From: Phycisphaera mikurensis NBRC 102666
GTDB lineage: Bacteria; Planctomycetota; Phycisphaerae; Phycisphaerales; Phycisphaeraceae
Direction: 5' to 3'
Assembly (NCBI RefSeq): GCF_000284115.1
Contig: NC_017080.1
Location: 60,001-92,000, forward strand
DNA length: 32,000 bases
Shown piece after piece: positions 18,934-26,762 of the stretch (position 1 is its first letter; the number at the start of each line of letters is the position of its first letter). The notes beneath the pieces are model-generated. The model saw only the letters and a list, made by a program, of their open reading frames with translations. It was not told the DNA's origin and did not search any database. The position numbers and the translations under genes were made by a program.

Positions 18934-19737
18934 TCAGTGATTCATCCAGGCTGCGGACCAGCCCCGAGACGCTTCTACAATTGCGTCCGCAGACGCGACC
19001 GGCAACGGCTCCGGCGCGAACACGATGACCCCTTCGAAGGCAGGCCACAACTCGGCGATCTCCCACGCCCAAGCTTCATCGGGAACAGGTCGGCCAGCCA
19101 GCTCGCCCCATTGCTTCGCTTGAGGGTGAAGCCAAGCCCACGTCACGAGATAAACCGGCTTGTCGAAGTTCGATTTCGCGATCCGCAACTGCTCAAGAAC
19201 GGCTCTGGCATGTGCATCTCGATCCGGCGTTAACGCATAGCCGTAGACGGAGGTGAAATCACACCAACCTTCCAGGCCGTCGTCACCCCGCCTCAACGCC
19301 AGCCAGTGCCGGACTTGCTCGGCGTCGGGACCCTCCGGCTCGCTCCAAGCAAACTCGCGGTAGAGCGACTCAGCCGCCGTGTAGAAGACGCCGATCCGCC
19401 GATCGGGACCGATCCGGCGGAGCGCCGGAAGCACCTCCCGCCAGTCCTTCGCTTCACCCCGCTCTTTGTTGTAGAACAAAGGCCCGGGAGGCAGATCCAA
19501 CATGCCCCGCTGACGCAGCCAGGCGTTTCCGCCGAAGCGGAAGCCCCGGTGCGGATCGAGCACGAGGTGGTCAGGAATCCAGACCATCGGGCGGGCGACC
19601 TCGGCGAGCGCGCGGTCCAGAGGCGGCGCTCCCGGCGGGGCCGCGATGTACACCAGAGGTCCGTCGGGCAACCCCGCCGCGGAAGCGGCACCTCCGCTGT
19701 CGAGCGACGACAACATGACCACGCAACCCCACAGCAT
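18934..19737 (-). CDS. putative secreted TIM-barrel-like protein related to the C-terminal domain of the downstream gene
   Basis: Signal-like MLWGCVVMLSSLDSGGAASAAG, then RIGVFYTAAESLYREF...CDFTSVYGYALTPDRD...KPVYLVTWAWLHP...FEGVIVFAPEP. Start at 19737 is tentative (ORF opens to 19896). Confidence 0.6.
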   Translation of the reverse strand: MLWGCVVMLSSLDSGGAASAAGLPDGPLVYIAAPPGAPPLDRALAEVARPMVWIPDHLVLDPHRGFRFGGNAWLRQRGMLDLPPGPLFYNKERGEAKDWREVLPALRRIGPDRRIGVFYTAAESLYREFAWSEPEGPDAEQVRHWLALRRGDDGLEGWCDFTSVYGYALTPDRDAHARAVLEQLRIAKSNFDKPVYLVTWAWLHPQAKQWGELAGRPVPDEAWAWEIAELWPAFEGVIVFAPEPLPVASADAIVEASRGWSAAWMNH

Positions 19738-21220
19738 CAGCCGCAGCTCACCCCCAACCGAGCGACACCGCCCGCTGAAGAACCAAGCTCGCGTGCTGTT
19801 GCGTCTCGCTCTGGTGCTCTTCATCGTCATTGCGGTCCTGCTTCTCGTGCAACGAGGGTTTCTGCGGGGTCTCGATCGTTCACTCGACCTCACCATGATC
19901 TATGCGGCGGCCAAGGCATGGCTCACGGGCCGCGATCCATACGCTTTTGCGCCCCTGTACGACCTGTATCTCGCTTCCGGAGGAACCGACAAGGCCCGCG
20001 ACGCCGATCAGTTCACCAGCCTCTACCCACCCACAACCTACGCGCTGCTCTCCCCCTTGGGACTGCTCTCTTGGCCAGCGGCGAAAGCCGCTTGGCTCGC
20101 CTTCAACGGCTTACTCATCGGGTTCTGCGTCGCCGCCATGCTCCTGTTGCGGGCCCCAGGACTCCGCAGAGGTTCTTCCCTGCAGCTCGGTCTTTTGGGG
20201 GTGACGCTGGTCTGGGCACCACTCCACACGGCTCTCTCGCTCGGCCAGCTCTCCGTCGCATGCACGGCGGCGGTTCTCCCGATTGCGGTCTTCGCGGGCA
20301 GGAAGCCCGGCACCGCCGTTGCGGTCATGGCAGGGAGCGCGTTGGGCGCGGCGGGCGCCTTGAAGCCTCAACTCCTATTCTTGTTGGGTCCTGCGATTTT
20401 GCTGACTCGATGGCGTGCCGCAGGTCCGATCGCAATTGTTGCGGCTTCGGTCGTTGCAGCGGTGGCGATCGTCCGGGTTTCAGGCAGTGCCCCGAACTGG
20501 TGGGACACTTGGATGCAGAACGTTGAAGCATTCACCAGCAGCAGCATCGGTCGTCCGGATCCTGCCAATCCGCAATTCCATGAGATGATGCACCTCGAAA
20601 CCATCGTCGGTTTGGTTTTGCCCGCCGCGGAAGGATCTTGGCGCACCCTCATCGCGACGGTGCTACCCGTCGGAATCTTCGTGCTCGCCGGGTCGGTGCT
20701 GCTGGTCCGTCACCGCCTGCAACCGCTTCCTGCCGAGGACGCTCGAGCTTGGCTGGCTCTCTCCGCCGTTCTTACGGTTCTCACCGGCTATCACCGCTCT
20801 TACGATGCAACGCTGTTGCTGGTCGCCCTTGTTGCATTGGCGGCGCGTGCGGCGGCGAGGCCGTCCTCCATCGTGACTTGGCTGATGGGCTTCGCGGCGG
20901 CGGCGTTTCTCGTACCCGCTCCGTCCGTCTTCGTCGCGATGACAAGACGAGGCCTGCTTCCTCCCGCTTTAGCCGAGGAGCCGCTGTGGCAGGCCACGGC
21001 GCTTCAAGCCCATAGCTGGGCGGCTCTCGCCTGGGCAGCATTGATACTTCGGGACCTCCTCAGCCCGCCTCAATGGAAAAGCAAGCCTGGGCGTGATGAT
21101 TCCCTAATGGTCGATCGCGATCCTGATGGACTGCTCCCCGAGTCAAGTCCTGGTGGTTCTCCATTGGGTCGCCTAACGCGTGGCGCGCCAGGCAGCCGGG
21201 AACGTCGGCGGCCTCGTTGA
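19715..21220 (+). CDS. GT87/DUF2029-family membrane protein; C-terminal tail reads into inserted/rearranged sequence
   Basis: LDLTMIYAAAKAWLTGRDPYAFAPLYDLYLASGG...FTSLYPPTTYALLSPLGLLSWPAAKAAWLAFNG...TGYHRSYDATLLLVALVAL. Confidence 0.85.
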   Translation: MTTQPHSISRSSPPTERHRPLKNQARVLLRLALVLFIVIAVLLLVQRGFLRGLDRSLDLTMIYAAAKAWLTGRDPYAFAPLYDLYLASGGTDKARDADQFTSLYPPTTYALLSPLGLLSWPAAKAAWLAFNGLLIGFCVAAMLLLRAPGLRRGSSLQLGLLGVTLVWAPLHTALSLGQLSVACTAAVLPIAVFAGRKPGTAVAVMAGSALGAAGALKPQLLFLLGPAILLTRWRAAGPIAIVAASVVAAVAIVRVSGSAPNWWDTWMQNVEAFTSSSIGRPDPANPQFHEMMHLETIVGLVLPAAEGSWRTLIATVLPVGIFVLAGSVLLVRHRLQPLPAEDARAWLALSAVLTVLTGYHRSYDATLLLVALVALAARAAARPSSIVTWLMGFAAAAFLVPAPSVFVAMTRRGLLPPALAEEPLWQATALQAHSWAALAWAALILRDLLSPPQWKSKPGRDDSLMVDRDPDGLLPESSPGGSPLGRLTRGAPGSRERRRPR

Positions 21221-21299
21221 GTGTGGGGACGAGGACCGAGACGGGGGTGCGGGGGGCGGGGGAGTCGCTGCCGGGCTTGAGCTCTTCGGACGCTGGCAT
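21186..21299 (-). pseudogene. N-terminal fragment of a family 2 glycosyltransferase
   Basis: Minus-strand MPASEELKPGSDSPAPRTPVSVLVPTLNEAADVPGCLA is a typical GT2 start; similarity ends abruptly where the antisense GT87 3' end begins. Confidence 0.68.
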
Positions 21300-21426
21300 G
21301 AAGGCCGAAGCGTAAGGGGATGGGATGCCCGCAACCTCCGGTGAGAGAGGATGTGGAACGCCGAGCATGTGCCGGATGCAAGGCGTGTTGACGACGCCGA
21401 GCAGCGCTGCCGGATATGCTGCACGC

Positions 21427-21717
21427 ATGATGCATTCGACCGTCACCGGGAGGGGGCAGACCACCCTGCCCGCCGCTCTGCGGGCGCGGCTGGGCTTGAA
21501 GGCGGGCGACCGGATCGTCTATGAGGAACGCGACGGCGACGTGGTGCTGCGGGTGCACCCGGGGGTGCGGGCGGTGGCCGGGATGCTCCACGCGGAGCTT
21601 GTGCGGCGCTCCGACGGCGATTTTGAAGCGGAGCGAGAGGCGGCGCACGAGGCCTGGGGGCGTGACGGAGCCGGCGAGGCAGGCGGCGGCGACGGTGCGA
21701 GCGGCGGTGGCCGCTGA
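21427..21717 (+). CDS. AbrB/SpoVT-type antitoxin
   Basis: MMHSTVTGRGQTTLPAALRARLGLKAGDRIVYEERDGDVVLRVHPG (swapped-hairpin AbrB domain). Confidence 0.88.
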   Translation: MMHSTVTGRGQTTLPAALRARLGLKAGDRIVYEERDGDVVLRVHPGVRAVAGMLHAELVRRSDGDFEAEREAAHEAWGRDGAGEAGGGDGASGGGR

Positions 21718-22163
21718 TGCCCCCGCCGCGGCCGGAACCGGGATCACCGACCGCGGAGAGGTGGTGGATCGACACGAACGTGGTGGTCCGCCTGGTGACG
21801 GGGGACCCGCCGGTGATGGCAGAGCAGGCCGCCGCCTTCCTGGAAGAGAGCACCCGCTCCGGTCGGCCGCTGCGGCTGGACCCGCTGGTGGTGGCGGAGG
21901 CGCTGTACGTGCTCACGTCCTTCTACGGGCTGCCGCGGGCGGGGGCGGTGGAGGCGCTTCTGGCGGTGGTGGGGCTCCCGGGGCTGCGCGTGGAGCAGCG
22001 GGCCGCGGTGCTCCGGGCGCTGGAGCTGCACCGGGCCACGCCGAAGCTCCACTTCGTGGACGCGTGGCTGACGGCGCGGGCCGAAGCCGCCGGGGACGGC
22101 ATGGTCACCTTCGACGCGGGCATGGCCATAGCGGCGGGGGTGCCGGCGCTGCGTCCAAGGTGA
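21717..22163 (+). CDS. PIN-domain toxin (VapC-like)
   Basis: TGATG overlap with the antitoxin. RWWIDTNVVVRLVTGDPP...LDPLVVAEALYVLTSFYG...HFVDAWLTARAEAAGDGMVTFDAGM keeps the expected acidic residues. Confidence 0.88.
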   Translation: MPPPRPEPGSPTAERWWIDTNVVVRLVTGDPPVMAEQAAAFLEESTRSGRPLRLDPLVVAEALYVLTSFYGLPRAGAVEALLAVVGLPGLRVEQRAAVLRALELHRATPKLHFVDAWLTARAEAAGDGMVTFDAGMAIAAGVPALRPR

Positions 22164-22178
22164 ACGACGTCGGTGCAA

Positions 22179-22481
22179 TCACGCTCGGAACACGGCCGCG
22201 GAGTCCAGGCTCCGGGCGGCCGCGGCGAGCTTCTTGTCGGGCGTGGCCGGGGCGACACCGTGCCGATCCGCTACGTCCAGCCAAGCCGCGTCGTACGCGA
22301 AGAGCCCGAAGCGGCGTGACAGCGCCACGACGCCGACGCACGCGGAGGAGGGTTTCATCCGGAGAGGCAAGTCGCCCGGGCCGGCGAGGAGCACATCGGT
22401 GAAGACGGGTTCGACCCGACCCCGGGGCTCATCCGCCAGCAGGACGTTGCGGACCCCGTACCAGATGATCCATGGCTTCAA
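22179..22481 (-). pseudogene. N-terminally truncated PIN toxin (VapC-like) remnant
   Basis: IIWYGVRNVLLADEPRGRVEPVFTDVLLAGPGDLPLR...VVALSRRFGLFAYDAAWLDVADRHGVAPATPDKKLAAAAR matches the middle/C-terminus of PIN toxins. The expected DASVALAW N-terminal block is absent. Confidence 0.78.
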
Positions 22482-22761
22482 CCGCGATCACCGGCTGCAT
22501 CCGCCCCTCGTCCCGCCAGAACTGTGCCTCGGCGCGGGTGGTTCCTTTGACCCCGCCCCGGGAGGCGAGCAAAGTCTCGACCGCGGACTCCACCCGTTCT
22601 CGCTGGCACGACTTGTCGGGGATCAGGCGTGCCACCACCTCGCCGCGGCGGGTGATCGCGAAGGCTTCTCCCTTCGCGACACGCTCCAGGAGGTTTGAAA
22701 GTTGCGCTTCTGCCTCACGAGACCCGGTCTCTTCTTCGGTGCTGGGTGCTTGCTGCTTCAT
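22429..22761 (-). CDS. Phd/YefM (VapB-like) antitoxin with rearranged C-terminal tail
   Basis: EAEAQLSNLLERVAKGEAFAITRRGEVVARLIP...GGVKGTTRAEAQFWRDEGR, a canonical antitoxin; extra MQPVIAVEAMDHLVRGPQRPAGG tail reads into the toxin remnant. Confidence 0.8.
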   Translation of the reverse strand: MKQQAPSTEEETGSREAEAQLSNLLERVAKGEAFAITRRGEVVARLIPDKSCQRERVESAVETLLASRGGVKGTTRAEAQFWRDEGRMQPVIAVEAMDHLVRGPQRPAGG

Positions 22762-22856
22762 CTCGACGCTCCTGTCGGCCGGTCGGATCGACCGGCCTGG
22801 GACCGGCCCGGCCGCATCCGGCTCCGCCGGATCCACCCGGCAACCAGGTTGCAGGG

Positions 22857-23480
22857 CTACTGGCACCCCACCCCGCACACGGCGAGGTACTGGAGGCCGG
22901 GGGTGAAGAGCCAGCGGTAGGGGCGGGGGTAGAGCTGGAGGGAGGTGGTCTCGTGGGCGGGGTGGAGGCCGGCGGCGGCGAAGCGGTGGCGCCAGCCCTG
23001 CGCGTCGGGGTAGTCGTAGAGGCACTCCACGCCGTAGCCGGTGTTGGCGGCCCAGTCCATGAGGCAGATGCGGGCGTGGGCAAGCGGCAGCTGGCCGCCG
23101 GGGTGGTGGTCCTTGACGATGACCAGGCGGCTGGCGACGCGGGCGCACTCCGTCAGGACGGCGACGGGGTCGGGGTCGTGGTGGAGGACGTCGGCGACGG
23201 TGACGACGGAAAACGCGCCCGCGGCGAAGGGGAGGCGGCGGCCGTCGTAGGGCGTCACCGGGATGGGTTCGCCGCCGCGGGGGTGGGTCTCGGCGCCCTC
23301 GGCGTGCAGGCCGGGGACGGCGGAAGCGAGGGCGGCGGCCAGGGCGCCACCGCCGCAGCCGAGGTCGAGGAGGCGGTCGGTGGGCTCGAGGTGCGGGGCG
23401 AGGGCGGCGGTGAGCGCGGCCTGCCGGCAGCGGTAGACCGGGGCGTGGAGGCGGCGGGCGAGGGGGGCGAGGAGGCTCAT
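22857..23480 (-). CDS. class I SAM-dependent methyltransferase
   Basis: DRLLDLGCGGGALAAALASAVPG...LPFAAGAFSVVTVADVLHHDPDPVAVLTECARVASRLVIVKDHHP. Confidence 0.9.
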   Translation of the reverse strand: MSLLAPLARRLHAPVYRCRQAALTAALAPHLEPTDRLLDLGCGGGALAAALASAVPGLHAEGAETHPRGGEPIPVTPYDGRRLPFAAGAFSVVTVADVLHHDPDPVAVLTECARVASRLVIVKDHHPGGQLPLAHARICLMDWAANTGYGVECLYDYPDAQGWRHRFAAAGLHPAHETTSLQLYPRPYRWLFTPGLQYLAVCGVGCQ

Positions 23481-24093
23481 GGGGCGGGGTCGCCTTCGCG
23501 AGGGTCGTGTGGTCCCTCGGCATCGAACAGCGACACGTCGGCGCGGTACTGAAAGCGGCGGCTGCGCTTCTGCCCGGTGATCTCCTCCAGGATGCGGAGC
23601 TCCTCGAACTCGGCGACCGGGTTCTTCGCCGCGGCGTACTCGAGCCCGGTCACCTCCCGCACGTGCCGGACCGAGACGATCGGCTGGCGGAACGGCGACT
23701 CGATCACGCGGTGCCCGTGCGCCGCCGGGCGGCCCAGCGCGGAGGTGAGCCGGTCGCGATCGCGCTCCCGGAGCGTCAGATGGACGCTTCCGCGGAAAGA
23801 GCGTCCCGCAGCGAGCTCTGCGTCCCCTCGATCTGGCTGGAGAGCACGGCCTCCTTCCGCACGTGCATGAAGACGAGGAAATCGGGGTGGGGCAGCGTCG
23901 TGATCGATCCGTCGAGGCGACCCGGAGCATGGTCGGCCACCGAGAGACGCTCCTGGAGCCGGCCGGAGAGCCAGGCCGGCGGGAGGCAGGGCGCAGGGCA
24001 GAAAGGCCCGGTGCCCGCCGCTCTGGGGGACGCACCGGCCCGCCCGGGTGGCGTTCTGCTCGGACGATGCGGCCATGGTGCCGGCTCGATCAC
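23477..24093 (-). pseudogene. Fic-family protein remnant with catalytic core deleted and a frameshift
   Basis: One frame: APGRLDGSITTLPHPDFLVFMHVRKEAVLSSQIEGTQSSLRDAL (Fic N-terminal domain). Adjacent frame: LRERDRDRLTSAL...ESPFRQPIVSVRHVREVTGLEYAAAKNPVAEFEELRILEEITGQKRSRRFQY (C-terminal winged helix). No HPFxxGNGR motif in between. Confidence 0.82.
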
Positions 24094-24181
24094 GCATGGA
24101 GCGGAAAGCGTTCCATGCGATGCGGGGTAGCGTAGGGAACCAGAACCTCGGTGTGTGCTCCCGGAGAGCGCATCGTGTTCC

Positions 24182-25180
24182 TCACCGCGCCGCCCACGCC
24201 GCGGCGAGCGTCGCCGCGCCTAGGGCCCAGGTCACCGGGTCGCGGACGAGGAAGGTGAGCGGGTCGCCGTGGATGCGGCCGCGGTGGGCGAGGAACCAGA
24301 GGCGGTTGAGGCCGAACAGCACGAGGCCGACGACGATGGCGAGGCGGCGGGGGTGGGCGTAGAGGGCCCGGACGGCGTCGCTGGAGAGGTAGAGGGTGAG
24401 CACGACGCCGGCGGACCAGGCGCTCGCGACGCCCATGGCGAGTACCAGCGGGGCGTCGGACGGTTGCCAACCTCGGCCGGGAACGGCCTCGGCAGATGTC
24501 CCGGGAGAATGCTCGCGCACGGCGGATCCGAAGAGCGTGAGCAGCTCGGCGTAGCGCTTGCCCAGGGCGAGGGTGAGGAAGACGGCCCCGGCGAAGCCGA
24601 GCAGCCAGGGGCTCGGGAAGAGGCCGACCACGAAGCCGCCGGCGAGCAGGCGGGCGAGGTAGAAGCCCGAGAGGCAGGCGACGTCGACGATGGGTTCGCG
24701 TTTCAGGCGGAGGCTGTAGGCGAAGGCGAGCGTGGCGTAGCCGAGCAGCGTGGCGGCGAAGCCGGCGGGGCTGGGGGCGGTGGCGCCGGGGGCGGCGGCA
24801 ACCGGCGGGTCGACCAGAAAGAGCGCGGCGGTGAGGGCGGCGGCGAGGAGGAGCAGGCCGGGGACGGCGGCTTTGGCGACGCCGGGCCGGAGGCGGCCGG
24901 AGGCGATCGGCCGCTCCCGCTTGGTGGGGTGGAGGCGGTCGGCGTCGGCGTCGAGCAGGTCGTTGACCAGGTAGACGACGCTGGCGACGGCGCTGAACGC
25001 CGCGGCGGCGAGGGCGACGGCGAGCCAGCGGGTGCCGTCGCCGGCGGCGTGGCCGGCGAGCATCGGCACGGCGACCAGCAGGTTTTTGGGCCACTGCCGC
25101 GGGCGGCAGGCGGCGAGGAGCGCCGCCCCCCGTGCCGCTCGAGCCGCAACGCCGGTCGGGTTCGAGGGGGAAGCAGCCAA
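24182..25180 (-). CDS. UbiA-family prenyltransferase (decaprenyl-phosphate phosphoribosyltransferase-like)
   Basis: LLAACRPRQWPKNLLVAVPMLAGH...SVVYLVNDLLDADADRLHPTKRERPIASGRL...SLRLKREPIVDVACLSGFYLARLLAGG. TTG start at 25180 is tentative. Confidence 0.88.
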   Translation of the reverse strand: MAASPSNPTGVAARAARGAALLAACRPRQWPKNLLVAVPMLAGHAAGDGTRWLAVALAAAAFSAVASVVYLVNDLLDADADRLHPTKRERPIASGRLRPGVAKAAVPGLLLLAAALTAALFLVDPPVAAAPGATAPSPAGFAATLLGYATLAFAYSLRLKREPIVDVACLSGFYLARLLAGGFVVGLFPSPWLLGFAGAVFLTLALGKRYAELLTLFGSAVREHSPGTSAEAVPGRGWQPSDAPLVLAMGVASAWSAGVVLTLYLSSDAVRALYAHPRRLAIVVGLVLFGLNRLWFLAHRGRIHGDPLTFLVRDPVTWALGAATLAAAWAAR

Positions 25181-25264
25181 GGGAATCCGCGGACCGTGGG
25201 CGATTCGGGCCGTTTCCGTCGACGGTCCGCGGCGCGGGAGCGCCGTGTCGGTCAAGCTACCCCC

Positions 25265-26593
25265 GTGGAGCCCCGACGCCCCCCGGAAACGAAGCGGCCA
25301 CGCGGGCTCGTCGGGTTCGCGTGGGCGGTGCTGGCGGTCGCGGGGATCCTGCTGCTCGTGCGTGGCGTGCTGCCGGGGCTGGCGTTCTCGGGCGACTTCA
25401 CGATGATCCACGCGGGGGCGAGCGTGTGGCTCGACGGCGGGAACCCCTACGACTTCGACACGCTCTACAACGGCTGGAAGGCCGACGGTGGCGGGAGCGA
25501 GCGGCCGCGGGAGGAGCGCTGGTTCGTCGCGCTGTACCCGCCCACGACCTACGCGGCGCTGGCCCCGGTCGGGGCGCTGGGCTGGCCGGCGGGGCGTGCG
25601 GCGTGGGTGCTGCTTTCGGGGCTGTCGGTGGCGGGGGTGGCGGCCTGGGGGGCGGCGTGGCTGCGCCGGAACCCAACGCACCCCCCAAGGGGCGTGGCAC
25701 CCGAGCGTGCGAGGCCGTGGCTCGTGCTGCTGCTGGCGGCGTGGCTGTCGGCGGGGCCGGTCGCGACGACGCTGGAGTTCGGGCAGCTGGGGCTGGTGGT
25801 GCTGGCGCTGGTGGCGCTCGCGGTGGGCACGCCCGGCTGGCGGCCGCCGGCCTGGGCGGCGGGGGCGGCGCTGGCGGGGGCGGGCTGCGTCAAGCCGCAG
25901 CTCGCGGGGGTGTTCGCGCTCGGCTTCGTGGCGCTGGGCCGCTGGCGGGAGCTGGCGTGGACGCTGGGCGTGGGTTCCGCGATCGCGGCGGTGGCGGTGC
26001 TGCGGCTGGAGGCGGCGGGGGTGGCGTGGGCGACCGGGCTGCTCGACAACGTGCGCCGCTTCGCGGGCACGGGCTTCGCCGATCCGTCGCCGGCGAACCG
26101 GGTGGCCTGGCAGATGGTGAACCTCGAGCCGCTGTGGCGGCGCTTCTTCAGCGGGGGGGCGCCCGTCGGCGTGGCGGCGGTGTGGGCCGTGGCCGCCGCG
26201 GGGGTGGCGTGGCGGGTGCGGAAGCGGGCCGGGCCCGCGGGCGGCTTCACGCTGTGGGTGATGTCGGTGGCGTCGGTGGTGACGCTGCTGATCGCCTACC
26301 ACCGCGCGTACGACGCGGTGCTGCTGGCGGTGCCGGCGGTGTGGGCGGTGCGGGGCCTGCTCGCGGGCGGGCGGCTGGCCCCCGCGGCGGTGCTGGTGGG
26401 CGTCGCGTTCTTCTGGCCGCCGGTGCCGGAGCTGCTGAACCACCTGGCCTTCCGCGGGTGGCTGCCGCGGTCGCAGCGCTGGCCGTTCGTGTTGGAGACG
26501 GCGGTGATGTTCCACCGGCCGGGGGTGCTGGTGGGGGTGCTGGGGGTGCTGCTGGGGGTCCGTTCGCGACCGGGCGATGGTCGGACACGCTGA
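25265..26593 (+). CDS. GT87/DUF2029-family membrane protein (paralogue of 19715-21220)
   Basis: GDFTMIHAGASVWLDGGNPYDFDTLYNGWKADGG...WFVALYPPTTYAALAPVGALGWPAGRAAWVLLSG...IAYHRAYDAVLLAVPAVWA. GTG start tentative. Confidence 0.86.
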   Translation: MEPRRPPETKRPRGLVGFAWAVLAVAGILLLVRGVLPGLAFSGDFTMIHAGASVWLDGGNPYDFDTLYNGWKADGGGSERPREERWFVALYPPTTYAALAPVGALGWPAGRAAWVLLSGLSVAGVAAWGAAWLRRNPTHPPRGVAPERARPWLVLLLAAWLSAGPVATTLEFGQLGLVVLALVALAVGTPGWRPPAWAAGAALAGAGCVKPQLAGVFALGFVALGRWRELAWTLGVGSAIAAVAVLRLEAAGVAWATGLLDNVRRFAGTGFADPSPANRVAWQMVNLEPLWRRFFSGGAPVGVAAVWAVAAAGVAWRVRKRAGPAGGFTLWVMSVASVVTLLIAYHRAYDAVLLAVPAVWAVRGLLAGGRLAPAAVLVGVAFFWPPVPELLNHLAFRGWLPRSQRWPFVLETAVMFHRPGVLVGVLGVLLGVRSRPGDGRTR

Positions 26594-26762
26594 CGCGGAC
26601 GGGGATGCCGGAGGCGGTGCGGAGGTGCGATCCCGCGGGTGCGTGCTGCGGAGCGGGACACGCTCGCGTGCTCGACGGCGCCCGCGGAGGAGCGGCGGAA
26701 GGGCCCGACAGGCGTCGCCGGCACGGCGTTTCCGGGGTCAACTCCGGCCGGAACGCTGGGCC

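Noticed and set aside
22296-22325. AAGCGGCGTGACAGCGCCACGACGCC resembling the REP palindromes
   Set aside because: Falls within the coding remnant of the PIN toxin (VVALSRRFGL) and lacks the flanking ACAAGCAGACA signature.
21521-22402. 293-aa plus ORF over the TA pair and its counterparts on the other strand
   Set aside because: Shadow frame; composition is low-complexity while the AbrB/PIN frames carry real motifs.
24269-25264. Plus-strand extension of the GT87 ORF (and 24090-25094 minus alternate frame)
   Set aside because: Gly/Glu/Ala-rich antisense/shadow of the UbiA-family gene.
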